Shown here one piece after another: positions 1 through 13,400 of a stretch of 64,000 nt of DNA (its first letter is position 1; each line of letters opens with the position of its first letter). The stretch spans positions 26,164,001 to 26,228,000 of the forward strand of contig OZ024754.1 of the NCBI GenBank assembly GCA_964016885.1. Reading direction: 5' to 3'. A program made the position numbers and the translations under genes. Below the pieces are notes generated by a model that did not search any database, was not told where the DNA came from, and saw nothing but the letters and a program-made list of their open reading frames with translations. This DNA is from Eledone cirrhosa (taxonomy: Eukaryota).

Positions 1-59
1 CAGAGCTCAAGCCGTTTCGACGGCTATTTCTGGACCAGAAATAGCCGTCGAAACGGCTG

Positions 60-620
60 TAGCAACATGAAATGAAGTGTTTTGCTCAAGAACATTTAAT
101 CAGCTTGCCGAACAATCGAACTCACGCCATACATATATATATATATATGTGTGTGTATGTAGTTGACGGCCGAGGGAAAAGAGTACTCAATACCCAAATA
201 GTGTTTATATATTCATTTATTAAGAGGTCGTCAAAGAACTGATGACCCTGTGCGAAACTCCAAACTAACAAGACTCACTATTTAGTCTTAAATTGTAAAA
301 AAAAAAAATTTCATTTAAGTAACTCCACTTACGCGTGGTAGTAATACGGTAATAAACGATGTTTTGCTTTCATCGGCTGCTTTCGACTGACAGCTAATAG
401 CGTTGTAGTGCCGAAATATTTGTTCTCGATATGGTGAACTAACTGTTGTTTTACCACTTCTATATATATATATTATTTAAGACTAAATAGTGAGACTTGT
501 TAGTTTGGAGTTTCGCTTGCTTCGCACAGGGTCATCAGTTCTTTGACGACCTCTTAATAAATGAATATATAAACACTATTTGGGTATTGAGTACTCTTTT
601 CCCTCGGCCGTCAACTACAT

Positions 621-679
<59 letters not shown>

Positions 680-747
680 GCGTGAGTTCGATTCTTCGAC
701 AGGCTGATTAAATGTTCTTGCGCAAAACACTTCATTTCATGTTGCTA
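60..747. repeat. Large inverted repeat (arms 60-293 and 475-747)
   Basis: Arms are near-identical reverse complements apart from (TA)n length and a 9-bp indel. Confidence 0.92.
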
Positions 748-1594
748 GTCCACCCAGCTGGAAATGAGTACTAGTAAAGCTGGGGGGATTAACAGCTAAA
801 AAAACAATATAAACACCGGCCTGAAGAACCTCTGGATATATATATAATCAGCTTTTCATTTTTAAATACGTTCGTTGAAAACAACTGTATATAACAAGAC
901 TTAAATTATTTTAATGATTGATTTATAATATTGGCACAAGAAAACAAATTTGAGTTGGTGGAGCCAATGTATAATCGATGAAATACTTAAGTACTTGATC
1001 GTTATTTTATCTTATCGAACTCAAAATAATGTAAGACAAATTATAAAAGCCGCAAAAGCATAAGGGTAAAAAAACACGTGGGGATTCTTAACGCCATGAT
1101 GTGTGGAAATGCAGTAGACTTTTTGGATAGAAGAACACCTGATTGAAGTATTAAAAACAAACAGCATGGAAATAGATTAATTGCTCTAGTTAATGATACT
1201 TAAAAAGTAATTAATTTAATTTAATAATTTAAATACTGAAATAATATATTGTGGCGTTTTGTTTCGTTTTTAAACCATATTTACTACTACTTCATTTCAA
1301 AAGGCAACAATGCGCATGCGTCATACTCAAACATATTCATATACACATGCATGCATGTATATTTGTAATTTTTAGATTTAGATAACTCACTTCGGCTTCT
1401 GTGTAGAAGAGTTTTCAGAAGTTTTAGGTCTTTTCGCAGATTTTCTACGGTGTACATGTGTTAGTTGTTTTCTCTTGTGACCCATTATTCTTCACGAAAC
1501 AATCATAAGTAACTGCCAAACAAAAACTAACAATTAAAAAAATTTTTTTTTTTTCCACAATTCTATCTGTATTCTATAATTTTCCATAAACTAA

Positions 1595-1807
1595 AATATG
1601 ATTGGTCCTTTCTGAAACAAACCAACCAATACGACGCCGTTATACATCAGCTTGCTTATGACGTCATTAATCCTCATAAATCGCCATTTCGAAGCACGTT
1701 GAGGCTTCGACTGAACGTCATTTTGTGTTTCAAAATTTCATCACTTGTTTGTTTTATTCCTCTGAAAACTTCATAGAAATTAGGATCTTCAATTTCAATC
1801 TACAGCG
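1595..1807 (+). promoter_or_regulatory. Probable core promoter and non-coding first exon of the RBM4-like gene
   Basis: ATTGG 1601-1605, CCAAT 1626-1630, palindromic CRE TGACGTCA 1659-1666, YY1-like CGCCATTT 1682-1689, then donor GCG|gtaagg at 1807/1808; NRF1-like TGCGCATGCG at 1311-1320. The ATG exon has an acceptor only 5 nt upstream, so a 5'UTR exon is required. Confidence 0.6.
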
Positions 1808-3492
1808 GTAAGGTCTCCTTTCGTATTTATATTAAACAATATATATATTTGTTTAACACACTATAATTTTCCTGTCATCCCGCCGCCGCCAAAAATCTTT
1901 TAATGACGGCTATGATGCTGGCGGCGGCGGTAGTATTATTTTCTCTGAAAATTTCATAAATCTACAGCGATATGGTCTTCTTTCGTTTCTATTTATTAAA
2001 AAAAATAATCTAATACAGAGACATTTATTTTACAAGCTATAACTATGTTTCAACGCCACCGCCAAAATCTTCCTAATAACAACTATTATCGTGTGTTAGT
2101 GGTGTTTAAATATTCTCGTAAATCATAGAAATTAAGAGCTGAATGGTGTTTCGGTTTACACGCATATATCTTAACTATAATATATATAATTGTTTCTATT
2201 TTTGGCACAAAGCCAACAATCACTCAGTACATTACTGGTACTTTATTTTATCGACCCCGTAAGGATGAAAGGCAAAGTTAAATGAAGCTCAAATGTTCAT
2301 ACTACTATGCCGCCGCCATGAAGCCAACGGTGGTGGTGTGTTTAAAATCTCAAATCAGAAATTAAGGATTTCTAATTTCAATCTAAAGCGGTCTTTATTT
2401 ATAAAAAATACAAATCTATGGCAAATATATTTATTTGGCAAGCTACCACTGCTGCTTCGCCGCCAAAAATGTTATAGCGATGGCGATAGTGTTGTTTTCT
2501 TCACTGACAAGAGAAAATAAAAGGTTTAGCCATTGTTCACCAGCATCCGATAATAATAATAATGATTTCTTTATTGAGCTTTATAATAAAAAACAACTAA
2601 GGCTAATCTTTCGTTTTAAGTATCACACAAATTCGGAGATGTCCGTAGACGATAATTGAGCTGTAACTATAGAGTCCGAATGATTTATTTGCAAAATATA
2701 ATTGAAAATTATTGCAATCGATATTAATAAACGTGAAATTACATTGTTTGATAATGTTTACAAAAGAAAATAATTGATTTAAATGGATGTAAAATGACAT
2801 TTAATTTGGTTAATATTTCATCAATAAAATGTATTAGACATGCTGTTGATGACACTGTTTAATTGCGGCATATCGAATTACTGTGATATTTAAAATGTAC
2901 TTAAAACCAACCTTTTAATCATTTTTATTTTTTTTTTAAATTTATTAAATTTTTTACAAATACATATATTTAACAAGCTACGATTTATCCGTCGCCGTCA
3001 TTACCCCCAATTAAAAAAATATATATATTGTCCATGATAATGGTGATGGTGATTTCTTCACTGACAGGAATAGTGGAAAAAAAAAACCCGTTTGTCCATT
3101 GTTCTCCAGTATCAGATAAAGAAGACAAGGCTAACATCTCGTGTTTTCCATCACTGATTAATTCTTTCGTGACTATATTCTCCCTAATGAAATAATACAT
3201 TCTATTTCACTTAATAAATTAAAAAATATTGTAGTGCGATCATCATTATTAAGATGTTATTAGCAACATAACTTAAACTTCTTGTTTCTTATTCATCAAA
3301 TTGTTCGATGATTTTCATTTAAATAGAAATCTTATAATAAGAGTCACTCATTTACGATAAGCTTCTTAATTCTCTTTATATATAAATGTCATCTTTTGTC
3401 AGCACTCATCATCATCGCCATTATTTTTTTCTGTTAAACAAAAGATAATCTATATATAGATATATGTATTTCAAGGGTACCAAAAAATGTAT

Positions 3493-3537
<45 letters not shown>

Positions 3538-4571
3538 TTTATGGATGTACATATAGATTGTATAATTGATATATATATATATATAATAAATTCCAAATAA
3601 GTCCAACGGAAGAAATTATGAAAAATATGATTTTAAAAGATACATCTGCCTGTTTGGAATTATTAAAATCATTTAAAACCGGAGGAAAATATTAAATTTA
3701 TTTTCACTTTTATTTTCTGTCTATCATTTTATAAAAAAAATTCTTTATAATTGGTACAAACCTTATTTATATTTTTCAATCATCGAAAGGATTACTTTCA
3801 TTTGAATATATATTTTCGTTAAAGAATGTATATTTATTATTTTTAATAGATTTCATTAATTTTTATTATTATTTACTAAAATGATATACATTAGGAATAT
3901 GTAAATAATAATCAATTTTTTAAATTTTATTAACAGATCTTATTTGATAAAATTGAAGCGGGAGTTAATAAAATTAACTAGGGATTCGTTTTTTTTTTTT
4001 TGATAATTTTGTGTAGATTGATGAACAGCGGCTTTGATACGCGGGTGGCGACGTATTTGGCCTCCAGTACGCATGCGTTGACCTCACTCTTTCATCTCAG
4101 TCTATCACTCGTAGATCGATAAACCGACCGAGACGAGAGAGACCATTGCTACATACCTATAGTAGTCTTAGTTGTAGTAGTAGTAATAATAATACAGACA
4201 CGCCTTGACTTGCGATTATTTGTGGTTGTACACGGGCACACATTTTCTCTCGGCATCAGTTATGCTTCGGCAGTTACATTAAAATATTCCTGCACAGGCA
4301 AAAGTAGTCATGTCTAGATAAATACGTTTAATAAAGGTTTCTGATTTAGGTACAAAGCCAGCAATTATTTTGGGGGAGGGGTCGATTAGATCGATTCTCA
4401 GTGCGTAAGGACGAAAGGCAAGCTACATAAAAAGACAATAAAATGTATCAGTCATATAGTACAGTATAAGTAATGCATACAAAAAAATATTCCCTTCTAT
4501 GTCAATTATAGGTGTTCTAGTTAGGTCCCTTTCGACGTACGACCAGTTGTAACGGTAGAACGTGTTTGAAT

Positions 4572-4759
4572 AATTGTTTCTACCTTTGACACCGGGCCAG
4601 CAATTATCCAGTACATTACTGGTGCTTCATTTTATCGACCCCGTAAGGATGAAAGGCAAAGTTAACCATGGCGTGATTTGAACTCGGAACGTAAAGGGTC
4701 ATAACTATGTCGCGAAGCATGGTGTCTGGCGCTCTACCGCTACTGCCAGTACAACGCCC
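4572..4759 (-). mobile_element. SINE family A
   Basis: Reverse-complement copy; partial copies at about 2188-2283 and 4330-4420. Confidence 0.82.
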
Positions 4760-7294
4760 TGTTTTTTTTATGTTTCCTTTTTAATTCAACTTTATTTTAC
4801 TGCTGTGACTATCTTTATCTTTTTCTACCTTTTCCACCCCTTCTACTCATACTAGCCTACCCAACACTTACATCCAACCTTTGTTTCTTCCTTTTGCGAT
4901 CTAACTACCTCTTGCTTGTTAATACTATTCCTATAAACTTGTATTATTTCCATTTCCTAATGGCTTCGATTGTAACTTTTCTCGTCCCATATCGGTATTT
5001 TGTCTTTCTTCGTCCAACGTCAGTTGTTTCTTCCTGAATAGCTATCCGAGAATGGTAAATAGTCCTGTCTTCAATGCATACGAAACTATAATGATCCACT
5101 GAAAACAGCCGTTGAGCGGGAATTGTCCTTGTGTTTGTGTCTTCTGTGTTTTCACTTTTTAAAAAAAATTATATAAATAGTTTGAACCCCCTGCCACTTT
5201 CCTTTGTTCTCTCTCCTTGTTGCCCTTTCCTCCATTCTTTACTGCGGCTCACTTTTCTACTTCCATTCTGGCTTTTGATCCGTCATTAAGTATTTTCTTA
5301 AACCTTCGTGGGTTGCTGATCACTTTTCTTCAGATCGGCTAAGCTAGCGACATTGATCTGACCAGAGTCAAATTTCAATTTTTATTTTTATTCCTTCTAG
5401 TCGTAGTCATCTCTATAAAATTTTTTGCCCATTCTTTGTGTTATCATCTTAGCAAGAGTAGTTCTCCAATCTGTTGCACAAACTGGCATCGCAAATACAA
5501 TACCACCTTAATGCACGCAGTTACACACCAGCTAGGTAAAGATGGTGCTGTATTATATATATATATATATATATAGGAAAGTTTGGCTCCAACGACTGAT
5601 CTCTTGCCGTTCCGACAGCAATTTCTAGACTCACTGGAATTGGTTGTCGAAACGGCAAAAGCTCAGCCGTCGGGCCCAAACTCTTACTATATTTGCACTC
5701 TACTATCCCGAGCATCAAATACTCTGTTGAATAAAGATTTTAGTAATTTAAACTAGTTAAATATTTCTCTCTCTCTATATATATATATAATGTGCGTGTG
5801 TGGACTTATGCAGCTTCACTCAAAGCATTGGTCATCCCCAAGCTATAGAAGACACGTGCCTATGATGTTACGCCACGGTATTGAACATATATCCACATGG
5901 TTACGACATGAATACCTGCGTCTACCATCTCTAAATATTGCCTCCTGAAATATATTGTTCATATCAAAATGAATTTATCACAAACTAATTAATTTATTAT
6001 TTCTACAAATTAGCATAACGGAGCAAGTTAAATATATGTATATATTTTTTATATTTAATAATTTCCTTTTCTGGCAAAGAAAAATATTAACTATTTTCTG
6101 TAATTTCCTGAATAGCCACAAATTAATTTTTAAGAAGATATTTGTATTTAGATGCTTAATAAATATTAGTGAAAAAACTAAAGAGAATTTACGTGTTGAA
6201 GGAAAAAATTGGTTTACTTTCCAAATTATTAGTGAATGAGGTTATTTACCTAAAAATAGAAGCTGAGTCAGATTTTAGATAATTGATCTTAGCACTGCAC
6301 CAATATTTACGTCCTATCTCACCCCACAGCACCAATACTAATAACAAAGCAACATTTCTCTTTTGCAAAAAGCTTGAGAGTTCTTCCTTTTTTTATTATT
6401 TTAATATACTGAGAAATCATCTTTATAATTTCTGTGTTTGTTTTTTAATAATAGTTTATAATTATAGTAATATACAGTATATATATGCATATAAACCCAA
6501 CTGCAACACCTAGCAGTGTTGACTTGTATTTGGCAAGCCTTTTCAAGGATGTACTTTACACCCACTCTGCTTTTCCCCTTGCATAGAGTACTGCTCTGAT
6601 TTGTGGTTGGCACTGCAGACTATATAAATTAAATATGTACATTGCTAATTTTTAGTCCAAACACACCTTAGATTGCTGTCGTATGCTGAATGGTAAGCCA
6701 GACAACAAAGAAGTCAACTAACATTATCAAAATACCGGTTTGGCCTATTCCCATCCATTTTATTTAGTAAGTCAGAATTCAGTAGAATGCAAACTTTATC
6801 TTAGGATCTATATATTCCTTACAGGATTGAAAGGGCTAAAGGGATTTAGTCAATCATATCAACTACTCCAATGCTTATTTTATCAATTTCTTTGTCAAGT
6901 GCCAAAGTTATAGGAGAGCAATAAAATATATAGCAAATTAGAAAATATAAATATAAACTGAGGCTAATTTGATCAACTGAATCAATGCCGTACCACAGCA
7001 TAGCTGCAGTTTAACCCTTTAGTTAGCAACCCAGCCAAAACTAGCTCTGGTTCTATGAAATAGAGCCACTCATTTTAAAGGTTTCCAATTTAAATTAAAA
7101 ATCTTCCAACATAATTTTATATAAGAACTTTACATTAAGTTACTATCTTAGTAAATGCATCAAAATTCTTCATTAATTAATTAATTAAAATACTGTATTT
7201 CATTAGAATGTTGCTTGTTATTGTTTTCTCATATGTATTTATATTTTATCCTTCATGTATCAATGATTTTCTATTGTTCACTCTTGCAGTAACA

Positions 7295-7417
7295 ATGCCT
7301 ACCAAAATATTTGTTGGTAATGTCAACCCCACCACCAAGGCTGAACAATTACGGGTTTTGTTTGAGAAATATGGCAAAGTCACAGAGTGTGACATCATAA
7401 GGAATTATGCTTTTGTG
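7295..7417 (+). CDS. RBM4-like: RBM4-like coding exon 1 (RRM first half)
   Basis: Acceptor ctcttgcag| at 7289, ATG at 7295, donor GTG|gtaagt; [10 protein letters not shown]...RNYAFV. Confidence 0.95.
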
Positions 7418-10400
7418 GTAAGTTCAATTACTAGTTGTTATATTTATTGTAAAACATTAAGCACTGTAGATTGTTTTTTAATTGCTTTATATTGCTGTGG
7501 CAGTGGTGGGGATTTTGTTTAATGTATTTAATAAAAGAGTTAATGTTAGTGCCAGCAAAGTGAAAATATTACGGCTCAGGATATGGGTTGGAGCATCATG
7601 TTTCTAAGTTCAAATAGGCTATGTAGCCAGTAAACCCTAAAAGGGATGCAACACAAATCGCTATAGCGGTTCACCGCTATATACATAAGTATGTATTTAC
7701 ATAAGACAAAAGTGTTGATGAGTAGAAAAGAGGACAAAACTCTGATTCCGTCAGGGAAATGGCCATGTTCGATATGCAGAAAAGGAACTGGCATAAATTC
7801 TATAAAACGCACACAATGCAGATCCTGGGTACACAAGAGATGTAGCGGGATAGCAGGCAAACTAACAGGTAGGGAGAAATATGTATGCAGTAGATGTACA
7901 GGGAAATTAGACAGTAGAAGTCGCACTGATACACATTTTTCAAATGCAAGAGGGCGTTATAGAAGTGGTGGATAACTTCCGGTACCTAGGAGATCAGATT
8001 AGCATGGGAGGAGGGTGTTCCGACGCCATAGTATCTAGAATAAGGACGGGTTGGAAGAAGTTTAGGGAGCTGCTTCCTCTGTTGACGAAGAAGGGTTTCT
8101 CCCTGCGTACGAAAAGCCAGTTGTATGATGCCTGTGTGAGGAGCGCGATGCTGCATGGTAGTAAGACATGGGCAGCAACTGCAGAGGATATGCGACGACT
8201 GGAGAGAAATGAGGCAAGCATGCTCCGTTGGATGTGCAGTGTAAATGTGTGCGAACGACCCAGCATAAATGTGTTGAGGGGGATAGAATGTAGTGTACGG
8301 GAGAGGAGACTGAGGTGGTATGGACGTGATGCGCATGGAAGATGACCGATGGGTGAAGAAGTGCCAGTTGAAGGAAGACGTGGTAGAGGTAGACCACGAA
8401 AAACATGGGCGGAGGTGGTGAGAACAGACCTCAGATCATTGAAGCTCACAATGGAGATGACGAGGGACCGTGATGAGTGGAGAGATGCTGTGCTGAATAA
8501 GACCCGTCCCACCCTTGCAAGCAGGGAAAAGCGGACGTAAAATGATGATGATGATGTGTGTGTATCTAACGTACGTTACAAATGGACGACTAATTGATTT
8601 TAACTAGTTTTTAACAATTGATGGAAAAGATTTCAAATTGTCTTCACTTGCGCCACAACTCATGGTGTGACATTTTTACTGGCTACATAGCCTCTTTCTT
8701 CTAAGTTCCAATACAAGTTTCTCCTTTTGCCTCCTCCCTTCTGGCAACGAAGATAAAATATAAGGGCTGTAACAGACAATGGATCTCGTAATTGGTTTTA
8801 TATATGCGTGTGTATATATATATATATATATATGGAGGCACATGGCTTAGTGGTTAGAGCATTGGCCTTGCAATCGAAAGGTTGTGAGTTCAATTCTCAG
8901 ACCGGGCGATGTGTTGTTTCCTTGAGCAAGACACTTTATTTCACATTGCTCCAGTTTACTCAGCTGTAGAAATGAGATGATAGGGACTGGGGTCCATATC
9001 ATTCCACTGCAAAGTGGTCGTGCAGGTGCCACGGCAAAAAAGCACCCAGCACTCACTGTAAATGAGGTTGGTGTTAGGAAGGGCATCCAGCTGTAGAAAT
9101 CAAGCCAAAATCAGTTCCCGTCCCACCCTTGCAAGCAGGGAAAAAGCGGACGTAAAATGAAATGAAATGAATGATGAAATGATATATATTGCAATTGAAA
9201 GGTTGTGAGTTCAATTTTCAGACTGGGTGATGTGTTGTTTCCTTGAGCAAGACACTTTATTTCACATTGCTCCAGTTTACTCAGCTGTAGAAATGAGATG
9301 ATGGGACTGGGGTCCCTATCGTTCCACTGCAAAGTGGTCGTGGAGGTGCCACGGAAAAAAAGCACCCAGCACTCACTGTAAATGAGGTTGGTGTTAGGAA
9401 GGGCATCCAGCTGTAGAAATCAAGCCAGAATCAGTTCCCGTCCCACCCTTGCAAGCAGGGAAAGGCAGACGTAAAATGATGATGATATATATTTCCACAT
9501 ACATATAGTTCAGATATGTGTTAGTTGAACATTGCAATCAACGAATCAAGGTGTGATCATATAAAAACACTCTACATCTGCAGTGTTCATCATATAAGTA
9601 AAAAAATTGGTATTGCATGTATAGTATCCTGATAAATTCCGACCTCACACACTTACCTCTCCAAGACAATGTCACTGGACCGAGATCTTTGACGGTACTC
9701 AGTAATAGAGAAGACCCGCCTTGCCAAAATACAAAGTAAACCTACTACAGTCAGTAGGCATCTCTAACAAAATACGCCCCCGTCACACCACCCCCACCCC
9801 ATCTACACCACCCCTTTCAATGTAAAGTTATGTTGGTGCCACAACACCCAGGCCGAAACAAATGAGATCGTGTAGGTGTCACGACAAAAAACACAGTCCA
9901 CGCTGTAATGTGGCCGTGTAGGCAACACGGTAAAAACCTCCCAGTCCCACACTGTAAATGTGGTTGGTGTTAGGAAGGGCATCCAGCTGTAGAAAACCCA
10001 CTAGGCAGTCCTATGCGAGCAAGACAACCACTCTTGTCTCAAGTGGGAAAACTCCCGTCCAAACCCATGCAAGCGTGGAACATGGACGTTAAACGATGAT
10101 GATGATGAGTATCCAACAGAGTATTATTAAAAACAAAGAGACGGTCCTATGTTTCTATACTTCAAATATATTATATGACGTGGTTAATGTATATTTCAGA
10201 GACATTCAGGTGTATTTCAGAGACAATCGGGTGTAAATAATGTCTATATGCCATTGGACATAAGATTTGTAGCAGAAAAACCATACAGTTCCTCTTTGTC
10301 AGTTAGTGGGTGGGTTTAATCCTTTCATGACTGCATTTCTAATGAAATACACTATTTTAATTAATTAATGAAGAATTTTGAAAGATTTACTAAAATTGTT

Positions 10401-13400
10401 AATTATTTCATTAAGATAGTAACTTAATGTAAGTTTTGTATATAAAATTATGTTGGAAGATTTTAATTTAAATTGAAAACCTTTAAAATGGGTGGCTTTA
10501 TTTCATAAAATCAGCTGGTTTTGGCCAGGTTGGTAACTAAAGGGTTAAGTGTGGCAGCTGCCTTCAGAGTAGTAAGAGATTAATTTGATTGGTGGAAATG
10601 TTTATGTCCTTTAGGTCATTTTGTTATGTTATTTTTCATTTTGTATTTTATCTTTTTATTTTATGTTGTGGTGTCTCAGTAATGGTCTAAATGTATAATA
10701 ATATATAAATATGTCAATATATTGTGCATTTGTGGTGTTAAATTATCAAATGGTGTCAAAGTAAAGGTGTAAGATGTTTGATGTGGGAGTGTAGGTAAAG
10801 TATAAAGGTAAGAGTGCTTGTGTGTGTGTAATCATATCAAAGACAATGCCTATCTGAATATGTGTGTATATAAATAGTAATGTATAGAGCGACACAATAG
10901 TGCTGTATATTGAAGTAAAGTTGGAAATTATGGATTGGAATGATGGTTTTTAAGGATCCTAATCAACAGGGAAAAAGGAATGAATTAGTAGATAATTTAG
11001 TAGATATGTGAATATTATGCATACCAAGCTTTGGGGTATGATAATGTCTAAGAGAGCAGTGTGAGAGGTTTTAGACAGCTAAACTGAATTAGTTGTTCCT
11101 TTCTGGAATTAGAGCCTTTTGGAAAAGCCAAAAAACCTGATACTCTGTTTATTAGTTTGGCTATTAATCTATCCTATCAGTGTACTCATGGCTGGGTCTG
11201 AAGATAGATGCTAACTATAGTTTTAAGAAAGATTTCTGTTGATTTCTTGAGTGCCAACCATGACAAGGAGTGGTTGACATCTTTGTGTTTAACATTTACA
11301 TTACTCTCTATATATATTGTATTTTTACGGTTTTCCTCACATAATATTGAATCTATAAGATTTTGATATTAATTATTTATTTTGAGAACAATACCGTAAC
11401 ATAAGTATGTGTGGCCAGTTACAGCTGGTTTGAACAGAAAGAAGTGAGAGAATTATGGCCAGTTTAAATGCTAAAGGGTTAAGCTGCCATATCAGTTTAT
11501 GAAATATAAAGCATGAATAAACTGAAAGTAAAAAGGGGTTAGGGTTACAAAAGAGAAGACTGCAATGGTTTGCACATGTGATGTGTATGAAGAATGATAG
11601 TTGAACCATACCAAGAAAGTGACCACTGCATAGAGGTTCACTTGCTAGACTGAAAAACTGAGTATCAGCAACAGCTATGGTTAACCCATTTACATTACTC
11701 TATATTTACTATTATATTTTCATGGTAAAGGCTTTAGCTCACATAATTATTTCACATAATATTGAATCTATGAGATTTTGATATTATTTATTTTGAGAAC
11801 AATACTTTAACATCAGTATGAGTGGCCAGTTTGATCAGAAAGATGAGAGGATTCTAGTCGGATATGGCCAGTTTAAATGGTTAAGCCATGCAACATTCAC
11901 AATGCACTTTGTTGCAGAATGATACATATTTCTAATGGAAGACACTGTATAATTTTGAGAGGATATAGCAAAATAACTATTTCATTATTAAGCTGGTGGT
12001 AGGAGCATAATTTAATAAAGGTCTGTATATAAAATTACAGTGAAAGATAATTAGAAACACTTGAAACCCTTTAGTTAACAACCCAGCCAAAACTGGCTCT
12101 GGTTCTATAAAATAAAAATCCACCCATTTTAAATTAAAATCTTCAAACATTTTATATAACCTTATATTAAGTTACTATCTTAGTAATGAAATAATTAAAA
12201 ATTTTATTAAATCCCTAAAAATTCTTCATTAATTAATTAAAATAGTGTATTTTATTAGAAATGCAGCCATGAAAGGGTTAAAACAAATAGCTTTGTCACA
12301 TAAGGCAAAGTGCAGTTTCAAGTGGTTTAATATTGAAAGTTTTTTTTATTAAAACTATGGAACCATAGATAACAGACAAATGTGGTGTGGGCCTAGTTGA
12401 AGACATTTGTTGGTCTGTTAGAAATGGGTCATAAGTCAGCTCAACAGCATATGATATTGTCAATTGTAACCACAACTAGACACTATCTACATCAGTAATG
12501 ATACACAACTAGTGGAAGTGTAACTTAGTAGTATGCATCCTGTCTGAGGAGTGGGAAATATTGTTTATAAAAGAATTGGTTTAAATATTCTGCCAAAAAA
12601 AAACATTACTCAGCAGGTGTTATGTGGAAGCATTCAGAGCCAGCCAGATGTCATCTTATGTAAGTACTATATAAACAACTTAGAAAATAGGTTGTTACTA
12701 TATTTAAGAAACTGTGGACAAAAATAGTACAATGGCAAGGTGTAGATGTTTGATGTTAATATTTGAAAGCAAATTTGGTAAGGGAAAGTACATTCTCTTT
12801 TATTTATTTACTCCATCTGGTAGATTGTAGTCAATCTGGGGACATAAAACATATAATCATTTTGATACTAGACTGCCTCTGGTTCTATGATACAAGACCT
12901 TTATTTTAAAATGTTTATATTTCTTTAAAAGTCTTCCATTATAATTTTATTTAAGAAGACTAGCTTAATAAGACAGTTATAGTTATATTACTAAATCTCT
13001 CAAGTTTTGATATTTTCAAAATTTGAAAATCATAGGCAGTGTTTTTCAATAGAAATATGGTAACAAAAGGTTTAATGAAAAATTGTCAAAACATGTCATG
13101 GATGACTAAAATTTTAAAGCGAAAACTAAATCATAAACCCATTTGTTACCATATTTCTAATGAAAGACAATGCTATGGTTTTAACCCATTTGTTACCATA
13201 TTTCTAATGAAAGACTCTGCCTATGACTTTCAAATAATTTTGAAAATAATCAAGAATTTGAAAAGATTTAGTAATATAACTTTCATTATTTACCAGGTAT
13301 ATGGAATATAACAAATGTGATCCTTTTAAAATAACAGCTTTGTACCAGGAGCTGTTTGGTGTAGAAAAAAGTGATGGAAATTAATGCTAACTTTCTTAGT

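Noticed and set aside
8834-8910. tRNA genes at SINE heads
   Set aside because: A and B boxes are present, but I see no complete cloverleaf and each continues into a SINE body.
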